A stretch of 64,000 nucleotides of DNA, taken from assembly GCA_951406725.2 (NCBI GenBank), contig OX597819.1:8618001-8682000 (forward strand). Direction: 5' to 3'. A program made the translations under genes and the position numbers. This stretch comes from Octopus vulgaris. Lineage: Eukaryota. Shown here piece by piece: positions 42,567 through 53,283 of this stretch. The notes beneath the pieces are model-generated. The model saw only the letters and a list, made by a program, of their open reading frames with translations. It was not told the DNA's origin and did no database searches. Position 1 is the stretch's first letter. The number at the start of each line of letters is the position of its first letter.

Positions 42567-42614
42567 TCACTTGATCGGTTTCACTTTTTTTTAGAAAAAG
42601 ATTATCAAAAGTAA
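42567..42614 (-). ncRNA. Minimal hammerhead-like motif with U3-A8 core (duplicate 43674-43720)
   Basis: Minus strand: TTACTT-TTGATAA-tCTTTTT..AAAAAGt-GAAA-CCGA-TC-AAGTGA; stem III mismatched. Confidence 0.45.
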
Positions 42615-42840
42615 AATGTAAAGCTTTGTATGAGCTTTGTTGTGTTACAAATATACATTCTTTGATAATAAGAAAATGTTAAAAACAGTCTACAAGAAAG
42701 TATTTAAGAAACTAATCAGAATGGGACACAAAAAACTATTATCAGTTCAATAAAAATCATGTTTGTTTGGTAGTATATATATATATATATATATATATAG
42801 ATATATATATGTTTATATATATATAATATATATATATATA

Positions 42841-42873
<33 letters not shown>

Positions 42874-42875
<2 letters not shown>

Positions 42876-43005
42876 TTATTTTATAGAAGGAGCTTCTACA
42901 TGACTAGAACTGTTTCATTCAAAAGAAATCATCAGGAAGCTTCCTGATGATTTCTTTTGAATGAAACAGTTCTAGTCCTGTAGAAGCTCCTTCTATAAAA
43001 TAAAT
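42874..43005. repeat. 132-bp spacerless palindrome (duplicate 43977-44108)
   Basis: Centre AAG|CTT at 42939/42940; one mismatch over 66-bp arms. Confidence 0.97.
42938..42988 (+). ncRNA. Type I hammerhead ribozyme (duplicate 44041-44091)
   Basis: AGCTTC-CTGATGA-tTTC-TTTT-GAAt-GAAA-CAG-ttctagtc-CTG-TA-GAAGCT; 6-bp stem I, 4-bp stem III, GUA site. Confidence 0.75.
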
Positions 43006-43068
43006 TAATTTACTCTGCTATGTATTGAGTACCTTATTTACTGTGGTTAACCCCGATTCAACCCGGGA

Positions 43069-43155
<87 letters not shown>

Positions 43156-43875
43156 CACATACATACATATATGTCTGTATTTGTGGATACTTACATACAC
43201 ATATAGTGGAGGCGCAATAGTGGTTAGGGCAGCGGACTCGCGGTCATAGGATCGCGGTTTCGATTCCCAGACCAGGCGTTGTGAGTGTTTATTGAGCGAA
43301 AACACCTAATAGCTCCACGAGGCTCCGGCAGGGATGGTTGTGATCCCTGCTGTACTCTTTCACCACAACTTTCTCTCACTCTTACTTCCTGTTTCTGTTG
43401 TACCTGTATTTCAAAGGGCCAGCCTTGTCACTCTCTGTGTCACGCTGAATATCCCCGAGAACTACGTTAAGGGTGCACGTGTCTGTGGAGTGCTCAGCCA
43501 CTTACACGTTAATTTCACGAGCAGGCTGTGAACCCTCATCGGATCAACCGGAACCCTCATCGTCGTAACCGACAGAGTGCTTCCATCCATATGACTAAAA
43601 CATATAAGTAAAATACTGCACGAGTGGAAATATATATGAAAAAGGTTTGAAAATGCAATTTTAAAGATGTTTATCACTTGATCGGTTTCACTTTTTTTAG
43701 AAAAAGATTATCAAAAGTAAAATGTAAAGCTTTGTATGAGCTTTGTTGTGTTACAAATATACATTCTTTGATAATAAGAAAATGTTAAAAACAGTCTACA
43801 AGAAAGTATTTAAGAAACTAATCAGAATGGGACACAAAAAACTATTATCAGTTCAATAAAAATCATGTTTGTTTG

Positions 43876-43906
<31 letters not shown>

Positions 43907-43919
43907 TATATATATGTTT

Positions 43920-43982
<63 letters not shown>

Positions 43983-44173
43983 TTTATAGAAGGAGCTTCT
44001 ACATGACTAGAACTGTTTCATTCAAAAGAAATCATCAGGAAGCTTCCTGATGATTTCTTTTGAATGAAACAGTTCTAGTCCTGTAGAAGCTCCTTCTATA
44101 AAATAAATTAATTTACTCTGCTATGTATTGAGTACCTTATTTACTGTGGTTAACCCCGATTCAACCCGGGACC

Positions 44174-44219
<46 letters not shown>

Positions 44220-44365
44220 CATACAGAGAAGGAGATATATTTAAGAATTTACAAAAAGTTGTAGAGTAATAACTGACCTGTCTTTCTGACAGTTTGTCTC
44301 GTGTGTAGGTTTTATAATTGCATTTTCAAACCTTCGCTCATATGTTGTCTTCTATGAGCCTATAA

Positions 44366-44409
<44 letters not shown>

Positions 44410-44416
44410 TATAGAC

Positions 44417-44497
<81 letters not shown>

Positions 44498-44721
44498 TAG
44501 ATATATACGTACATACATAGATACATACATATATATATATACATATATACATAAATATTTATGGGATGGATTTTTACACCTTTTAACATAAGAGAAAATT
44601 TTCTCCATGGAAACTGAAATGAATTTCCTTTAGAAGTTGAAATATGTCACGAACATATTTTAACTAACCTAAAGTTCACTGATATATATATATAACATAT
44701 ATATATATATATAACACACAC

Positions 44722-44776
<55 letters not shown>

Positions 44777-45272
44777 TATATACATACATATATGTACATA
44801 GATATATATTTATATATACATGCATATATCGGTACAGGCCATCAAAAAGCGTCAACAAAATGACAAACGAGAACATAAAAAACAAAAAACATAGAAAACG
44901 GACAATTTTTCGAACAGTGAAAGAAACAAATAGAGAAACGAGACAGGTAACATAAAGAGCATTCCTTTCATCAGTTGTTCCCTGTTTTATCTACTCCACG
45001 TTTCGAGGGTAGGGACAAGACGCTACTTCTTTAAAACAGTCCTTCCCGCAAAACAAATTAAATAAAATTTGGGATTTTTTGCAGAGGGTTAAAACAGGGT
45101 TAAAACAGGGCAGTAAGAATAAAACAGTAAAAACAAACGGTGAGGGCTCTTAAGCCAAGACGATGTGAAGTGATGAACGCTGGAAAAACGAGCTTTGAGA
45201 AGAGACAGGCAAAAGCACGTATTGTCTTTAGGAAGGAAGTGGAAAAGATGTGTATATATGCATATATATATA

Positions 45273-45391
45273 TCACGTGACCACGTGACCGACCAGACCA
45301 TCAGATGTTGCTACACATCGCTGGTCACAATGCGTTTGCATTGTTATTAGCCTTCGAATGACGCCACCCCGTTGGCTAAGCGATCAGGCCA
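45273..45391 (-). mobile_element. Family E element, second copy
   Basis: Reverse complement of 28773-28893 with scattered substitutions. Confidence 0.7.
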
Positions 45392-45400
45392 ATGCATATA

Positions 45401-45448
<48 letters not shown>

Positions 45449-45633
45449 TACATATATATATATGTATGTATGTACGTATGTATGCATGTATATATATGTA
45501 TGTATGTACGTATGTATGTACGTATGTATGCATGTATGTATGTATGTATGTATGTATGTATGTATATATGTATGTATGTACGTATGTCTGTATGTATTTA
45601 TACGTATATAGTAGGTTATTACCTATCTGTATT

Positions 45634-45677
<44 letters not shown>

Positions 45678-46462
45678 TGCGGCTTTATCAGATGACAATT
45701 AATTTTAATGTTGCCTTCCAAAAAGTTACGTATATTTCATCTGGTGTAATAGTGAGAAAGACTCATGAAGTTCATTGGTGATGTTTGACTAATGCTCTGC
45801 TTTACTTAAGCTAATCTATGAGCAAAGATATTATACCTTTTGACCATCTAGTCTCATTTTCAAACGTAGTATGTCTAGTGCTCATCCCGAGTCATTTTGC
45901 TTTGTATAAGATTACATGGTGTGAATTGAGGGACATTTAGCTGCTATTTCAGTCAGTGCTAACAAAGAGATCGCTCTTTTTCATTCGTTAAGTGTGCTAC
46001 AGTATTCGATTTCTTAATGTAGCTGTTTCTCTTATTGTATAGCAGGTGACATAAGCATCACAATTTACCAACCACATTTTACTGCTCAAGGTCAGTAGTA
46101 GGAATCCATCCTAGCTGCAGAGAACTGATGCTGGAAGCACGAGAGTGATATATGTTTATCATTCGTGTGTGTACTTTCACCTTTTATCCTTTCGTAGGGT
46201 CGATGAAATAAATACCAGTTGAGGGCAAGGGCTCGTTGTAATCAACTTACTCTCTCCCCCAAACTTGCTCACCTTATGCCAAAATTTGAAATCAATATTA
46301 AAAAGAGCAGGAAGTTGGCAGAATCGTTTCTGTGTCAGAAAAATATGTGGTATTCCGGGTCTTTACGCTTTGAGTTCAAATCCTGCTGAAGTCGACTTTG
46401 TCTTTCGTCCTTTTGGGGTCGACAAAATAAAGCAGCAGTCAAGCGCAGTGATCAATAATATC

Positions 46463-46697
46463 TGTTTCTTTAATGCCCACAAGGGGCTAGACACAGAGGG
46501 GACAAACAAGGACAGACAAACGGATTAAGTCGATTACATCGACCCCAGAGCGTAATTGGTACTTAATTTATCGACCCTGAAAGGATGAAAGGCAAAGTCG
46601 ACCTCGGTGGAAATTGAACTCAGAACGTAACGGCAGACGAAATACGGCTACGCATTTCGCCCGGCGTGCTAACGGTTCTGCCAGCTCACCGCTTTAA
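46463..46697 (-). mobile_element. SINE family C, young, nested in an older plus-strand copy
   Basis: 16-bp TSD AGTGATCAATAATATC at 46447-46462 and 46698-46713. Confidence 0.93.
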
Positions 46698-47947
46698 AGT
46701 GATCAATAATATCGACTACTGCCATCTCTTGATTTGGTGTCTGAAATAGAAACTGTTATTGTTAACTGGCCGAATCAAAAGAACGTCAGCTCCAAAAATG
46801 CTTTGCGCTATTTGATCCTACACATTACATCCAAAGATCAAGTTTTCGTTTCATCTTTTCGGAGTCGAAGCAATAAAGTAACACTAAGGTACTTGTTATT
46901 AAATGAACCCTTCCCTTACAAATTACTGGCCTGTGCTTCAGTTAGAAATCATTGTTAGTTACAGCCTGAGCTCAAATCCTGACGCGCTCAACTTTGCCTT
47001 ACTTCCAAGAAGAGTATGATAAGTAGTCGATGGAATTGTCTGATTTCTCTCTAGAAATATTTGGTCATGCGCTCATGGTTTAAATAATTGTTGTTGTTCA
47101 TAGTGAGGGTGGTCTATTTACAGAATTGTTAGAACGTGTGACAACGTGTATTGGAGTATTTCAGTCCAAATACTGTCATGGTCAACTTTGCCATTCATTT
47201 TTCTGAAGCCAATAGAATGACACCAGTCAGATTACTGGGCTGTTGTAAATTGAATGCTACCATCCATTTTTTACTTTGTGCCTATGTTAAGAACAGTTAT
47301 CACTGGTCTGCTATTTTACTATTTGCGGTTGCTCTTTCTGTAACCGTCCGTGTTGATATTGATATCGTTGTTGTTCTCTGACCTTGTAGTCCTATGATCA
47401 AAAACATATTCCGCACCTGACCATCCCATGATAGCTAGTTTTTAGATGCAGTGTATCTAGAATCATATAGTCCATCTTGAAACAACGCCCGCCCGCGTTA
47501 GAGTGTGATTTGAATAAAATATGGCTATTATTTCTACCAACTGGAATGACCACATAGAGGCTCTTTGTTATTACTACTGTTGCTGTTACTACTTAAGCAA
47601 ATTTCTGCTGCACTCATTGCAGATGAACTACCACCTCTACTGCTGCTGCCACTTCTACTGTTGCTGCCATTATTGAAGTGGAGGAAGAATGGATCAAAGA
47701 TAAGAACTAATTAATTATTTATATAAAGATAGCTTTATTAACTCTGCTACAGCAAACCGTGGTCATAAAACATCAGAAGGAGCAACAGCAGCAGCAGAAG
47801 CAGCAGCAGCAGCACGTGAAATATCGTTAGCAAAGACAGTAACAGCTGCTGCGGTAACAGCAAGCGGTATAACAGCAGTAGCAATAGCTGCATCAACAAG
47901 AGAACGGTGTACGGGTGGTGAGCTAATGTCTGTAGAGCAAGTGGTCA

Positions 47948-48332
47948 GTGGAGGCGCAATGGTCCAGTGGTTAGGGCAGCGGACTCGCGGTCGTAGGATC
48001 GCGGTTTCGATTCCCAGACCGGGCGTTGTGAGTGTTTATTGAGCGAAAACACCTAAAAGCTCCACTAGGCTCTGGCAGGGGATGGTGGTGATCCCTGCTG
48101 TACTCTTTCACCACAACTTTCTCTCACTCTTACTTCCTGTTTCTGTTGTACCTGTATTTTAAAGGGCCGGCCTTGTCACTCTCTGTGTCACGCTGAATAT
48201 CCCCGAGAACTACGTTAAGGGTGCACGTGTCTGTGGAGTGCTCAGCCACTTACACGTTAATTTCACGAGCAGGCTGTTCCGTTGATCGGATCAACCGGAA
48301 CCCTCGTCGTTGCAACCGACGGAGTGCTTCCA
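47948..48332 (+). mobile_element. SINE family A
   Basis: Full head to GGAGTGCTTCCA; no TSD seen. Confidence 0.93.
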
Positions 48333-49819
48333 AAAAGGCAGCCCGGTAAACTGGGACTACACCACACAGTTTCAGTCCCAAGCAGTAACCATTTCATTTC
48401 ACTTTTCACCGTTAATGTCATTAAAGAAAACAATGAACGACTTAGCATCACATATTCTATATCTTAGCATCATGTAGCGAACTGAACTCACGACTTGAGA
48501 TTGGGATTTTTGATTGATTCAATTTTTACTTACATTAATGAAGTCATTTAGAATCGGCCGACTTCACAATGCCATAAGTTCAGAGCCAGTGCTTTGTCAA
48601 ACGCAACTCAATAGCTGTAGTATTAGTACGATTAGTGGTGGTATTAGTGTAGTTGTTTAGTATCAGGTCACCCTTGGTTGTTGTGCTGGTCTATCTCGTA
48701 CCAGTTGCATATCTAAAACTACACTGTCCGAAAATTCCTTATATCTTCGTTTCTTTTTTGCATTTTTATGACTATAGGATATGATTTCAGGGATTTGGGA
48801 TCTGCAGCGTAAATGCTCTCTCGTTGATTCGTGAGTCACACTGGAAAGCTGATGAAGAGTAAAAAGTAAGCTCTGGGGAATTACGATGAAGAGTAAAAAG
48901 TCAGCTCAAGCGAACTGCGACTTCAGTTCCTAATTGAATCCATTTCACTTCATTTACACCCTTAATGTTTTCATGAAAATCACACTCCAATATTAGTTTC
49001 TAAACGAAAGCTCCTGAAAAAATTGTAATTCACTGTCAGGTTTAAAGTCATTTTAATAAGTGCTGTGTACGAAACTTTCGTCCCTTGAGTCATATTTGTA
49101 ACTTTCTACCAATCAAAAATAATAAAAGGCATTGTTGATGTCTTAAGAATTATTAAACTTTCGAGAGAACGTGAAATAATTCTTTCTTTCGAACAGTGCA
49201 ATCTTTCGAATTTCACTGTTCATTTTAGAAACTTGATTCCTCCCAGCGATAATTGTATGTTGTTAACGTCATAAGAATTTATATATCATATATGTTTAAC
49301 CAGCAAATCTCGAAGCACATACAGGTATAAATAACAGCTCATAAATACTGTGTTGAAGAACCTTTTAAAACAGAAAAAGTCGATACTATCATGCATAAAT
49401 TTTACCTGCTTCGAGAACCAGTATTCCAAAAAATAAGAGGTTCGTATATATATATATGTGTGTGTGTGTGTATAAATGTATATATACCACAAACACACAC
49501 ATATACCGATCATCTTTACACTCTCTTCTCCCAAAAATCCACCTGCCCAATCTCTTTCTATTTCCGGTCACTTCAGCAATGTAGCTACATATGTGCCGTT
49601 GGCGATTTCTTTTCAATATTTGGACTTTTCCCTTTCCCCTATCCGACGAAGGGCTATGCTCGAAACGTCAAACTCCCTCCTTCCACCGAGCGCCAAATTA
49701 ATACATTTCTTGTGCGTGACGTCACGTTCAATTTTTTCTTTTCGATTTTTTCGGTTTTTTTATTTTTGATTTCTTTTCGCAGTTTTATTTGTTTTTTTAA
49801 CTGTTTGCTTATTTGAATT

Positions 49820-49875
<56 letters not shown>

Positions 49876-49969
49876 CTCTACTTCTACTTCTCTCTCTTCT
49901 CTTCCCACGTGACCGGCGTTCGGCCAAGTCTGTTCTTTCTTGGTCTGGCCGTTGTCCGTGCAACATCGA

Positions 49970-50185
49970 TATTCCTCCCTAGGTTTTCCTTGGGGCTGGC
50001 CAGATTGGAGCTATCTCAAGTATAATAAGCCGAAATTGTGAAGATAATCTGATACTTGACTGAAGAAAGAGAACTTCGAATGACACGTCCTTGTTTTCTT
50101 AGTATCGTCTATCTGGATGTTTTGTTGTCCCATTTTTGTATCACCTAACTGTCCAGATGTTTTGCGTTCTTGTCCCATTTTGTAT
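49970..50185. repeat. Unclassified (TA)n-adjacent dispersed repeat (inverse copy ~63560-63720)
   Basis: TTCCTTGGGGCTGGCCAGATTGGAGCTATCTCAAG..GCCGAAATTG..CTTGACTGAAGA..GTTCTTGTCCCA matches the reverse complement of 63566-63715. Confidence 0.7.
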
Positions 50186-50199
50186 TATATATATATATA

Positions 50200-50777
50200 C
50201 TAGCAGTATTGCCCGGCGTTGCGGTTTGTTTAGACCCTTTAGAATTGGAATTTTTGAAAAGTAAAAATTTGGCAGTATGTAGCTTGTTATTCTCTTTAAG
50301 TGAAATACACCAATAAATGGCGACACAGCAGTCAAAACATCGTAAAGAATAGGGATGTACATAGAAAAAAGGCACCTTTTTGATGTAAATAATTTTGGGT
50401 GTTAACATGGGCCGATTTGAATTTTTTCTTCTTTGCCGAATTTCTACAATGTTTACGGCGATTCGTTTTTATATCTTGATTTTTTATTTTTCATGCAATT
50501 TACGCATGCTTGCATGCGTGGTGAACACAGTTCACGTCTAACAGATGACTGAGTAAAGTTCACTATTCAATGCAAGGGATAAGGCCTAAACAAACACATT
50601 ATCGATTTTTGCACTTGCGAGATGAATTTCGCAACAGAAATAGCGCAGTTCAATTTTCATTCGCCTAAACATTAAGTGACCCACTTTTGGTGGTTCTACG
50701 ATTTGTTGGCTAGGAGATGTGCCGGGAAGTTAAACACACAGATACACACACAGACACACAAGTTTTATATATATAGG
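50200..50777 (-). mobile_element. Non-autonomous Helitron, chimeric relative of 6617-7007
   Basis: CTAG end at 50200-50203 with a decayed hairpin; shares only ~50200-50430 with the first copy. Confidence 0.7.
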
Positions 50778-50780
50778 TAT

Positions 50781-50987
50781 ACTCTCTTTTTACTCTTTTA
50801 CTCTTTTACTTGTTTCAGTCATTTGACTGCGGCCATGCTGGAGCACCGTCTTTAGTCGAGCAAATCGACCTCGGGACTTATTCTTTGTAAGCCCAGTACT
50901 TATTCTATCGGTCTCTTTTGCCGAACCGCTAAGTGACGGGGACGTAAACACACCAGCATCGGTTGTCAAGCAATGCTAGGGGGACAA

Positions 50988-51059
<72 letters not shown>

Positions 51060-51218
51060 GACAGGCTTCTTTCAGTTTCCGTCTACCAAATCTACTCACA
51101 AGGCATCGGTCGGCCCGGGGCTATAGCAAAAGACACTTGCCCGAGATGCCACGCAGTGGGACTGAACCCGAAACCATGTGGTTGGTTAGCAAGCTACTTA
51201 CCACACAGCCACCCCTGC
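50781..51218 (-). mobile_element. SINE family B, full length
   Basis: Reverse complement of the family B consensus. Confidence 0.93.
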
Positions 51219-52100
51219 TGTGAGAATTTACAAAAAAATAGACAAAGACGGGTGTGTAAACAACAAACAGATTATTAGTTTACCACTCGGGAATTGAGAA
51301 AGTCTTTCACGTTTCGAGCCTATGCTCTTGTACAGAAAGGAACACAGAAAGAAACAGGGAGAGAAAATAGAAAAGGTTTAGTGGCTAGCGATCTATCATG
51401 GCGAATGCCGGACAGAGTGGTCACACAGGAAGAAGGGGAGATAAAGTAGTAGTGATCCCAAAACAAAGGTACGCGAGCGTATGTGAGAGCGTATATGTGT
51501 GTGGAAGGAGGCTGTTTACATTGACGTGTGCGTGTGTACATGTGTAGGTGTGTGCATGTGTAAGTGTGTGGATGATGGTGTAGGTGCAGGGAAGTGATCA
51601 GTCTAGTGCGTGCGGGGTGGTGTGATGTGGTGTGGTATGGTGTGTGGTGTAGTGGTGTGTGGTGTGGGGGCGTGGTGTGTTGGTGTGTGATGTGGTGTGA
51701 AGAGAGAAGATTAATCCCTGTGTCTCGCCTTTACCTTCGAAAAGCGGAGTAGACAAAACGGAGTCATTCTTGTTGCTTATTTTAATTATAATCACCCTAA
51801 GGATTTTTATGGATAATATATATATATATATATATATATATAGCAATTAAGGACAACTACTTAATAAGGAAAACTTAACAAGAAATTGTCAGGTAGATAG
51901 CGTGAAAACCTCATAAGAGAATAAATTTCGAAAATAATTATTTCTTATTGAACATATTAATTTATATATAGAGGGCATTATACATACATGCAGAGGGCAT
52001 TATACATGCCACACGCTAAGAGGGACAATTAGTCATTTCTACCAAAAATATTACTAATCCACCGAATGCAATTTTTCAAAGTAAGACATTTAAAAAATAT

Positions 52101-52148
52101 AGACCTGTATCACAGTGATTTCATACTTACGTATTCATCAGCAGGCCT
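52101..52148 (-). ncRNA. Type I hammerhead ribozyme, copy 1
   Basis: Exact reverse complement of 53028-53075. Confidence 0.88.
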
Positions 52149-52574
52149 GAATGTATCATAAATAAACGACCCTGCCCCGCTTAAGTCGATCAGCTAACTG
52201 ATCAACATCAACGAAGCACATGGGTGAGTTTACATATATTACATCCTGTAAATGGCATACTTTTACGAATTGCATTTCGGGAAAGGAAAAGTTTTTCGGA
52301 ATAAAATTTAGCAATTAAGGACAACTACTTAATAAGGAAAACTTAACAAGAAATTGTCAGGTAGATAGCGTGAAAACCTCATAAGAGAATAAATTTCGAA
52401 AATAATTATTTCTTATTGAACATATTAATTTATATATAGAGGGCATTATACATACATGCCAGAGGGCATTATACATACATGCCACACGCTAAGAGGGACA
52501 ATTAGTCATTTCTACCAAAAATATTACTAATCCCACCGAATGCAATTTTTCAAAGTAAGACATTTAAAAAATAT

Positions 52575-52622
52575 AGACCTGTATCACAGTGATTTCATAC
52601 TTACGTATTCATCAGCAGGCCT
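52575..52622 (-). ncRNA. Type I hammerhead ribozyme, copy 2
   Basis: Exact reverse complement of 53028-53075. Confidence 0.88.
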
Positions 52623-53027
52623 GAATGTATCATAAACAAACGACCCTGCCCCGCTTAAGTCGATCAGCTAACTGATCAACATCAACGAAGCACATGTATG
52701 TATAATGCCCTCTGGCATGTATGTATAATGCCCTCTATATATAAATTAATATGTTCAATAAGAAATAATTATTTTCGAAATTTATTCTCTTATGAGGTTT
52801 TCACGCTATCTACCTGACAATTTCTTGTTAAGTTTTCCTTATTAAGTAGTTGTCCTTAATTGCTAAATTTTTATTCCGAAAAAACTTTTCCTTTCCCGAA
52901 ATGCAATTCGTAAAAGTATGCCATTTACAGGATGTAATATATGTAAACTCACCCATGTGCTTCGTTGATGTTTATCAGTTAGCTGATCGACTTAAGCGGG
53001 GCAGGGTCGTTTATTTATGATACATTC

Positions 53028-53075
53028 AGGCCTGCTGATGAATACGTAAGTATGAAATCACTGTGATACAGGTCT
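53028..53075 (+). ncRNA. Type I hammerhead ribozyme, copy 3
   Basis: AGGCCTG-CTGATGA-ATAC-GTAA-GTAT-GAAA-TCACTGTGA-TA-CAGGTCT: intact core, 7-bp stem I (one G-U), GNRA-capped stem II, quasi-palindromic stem III, predicted cleavage after A53068. Confidence 0.9.
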
Positions 53076-53215
53076 ATATTTTTTTAATGTCTTACTTTGA
53101 AAAATTGCATTCGGTGGGATTAGTAATATTTTTGGTAGAAATGACTAATTGTCCCTCTTAGCGTGTGGCATGTATGTATAATGCCCTCTGGCATGTATGT
53201 ATAATGCCCTCTAAT

Positions 53216-53283
<68 letters not shown>

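Larger units (their letters stand above)
42054..44173. repeat. ~1.1-kb tandem duplication (2 units)
   Basis: 42054-43070 is repeated at 43166-44173, each unit holding SINE A, a pLTR-like segment and the palindrome; units are separated by (TA)n. Confidence 0.95.
51841..53213. mobile_element. Retrozyme-like / PLE-derived array: ~470-bp monomer, ~1.8 tandem copies plus ~1.1 inverted copies
   Basis: Unit starts at 51841 and 52309; inverted block 52693-53213; no ORF; one HHR per monomer; (TA)n on both flanks. Confidence 0.88.

Noticed and set aside
48850-48902. 17-bp direct repeat GATGAAGAGTAAAAAGT
   Set aside because: Only two copies; a local duplication, not a CRISPR array or a TSD of a recognisable element.
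50030-50092. Type II hammerhead (GAAA before CTGAAGA); similar order at ~44970-45005 and ~63640-63670
   Set aside because: Could not form consistent stems I-III in both copies.
51841-53213. LTR retrotransposon, DNA transposon or CRISPR interpretation of the array
   Set aside because: No TG..CA ends, PBS, terminal TIR/TSD or repeat-spacer pattern.
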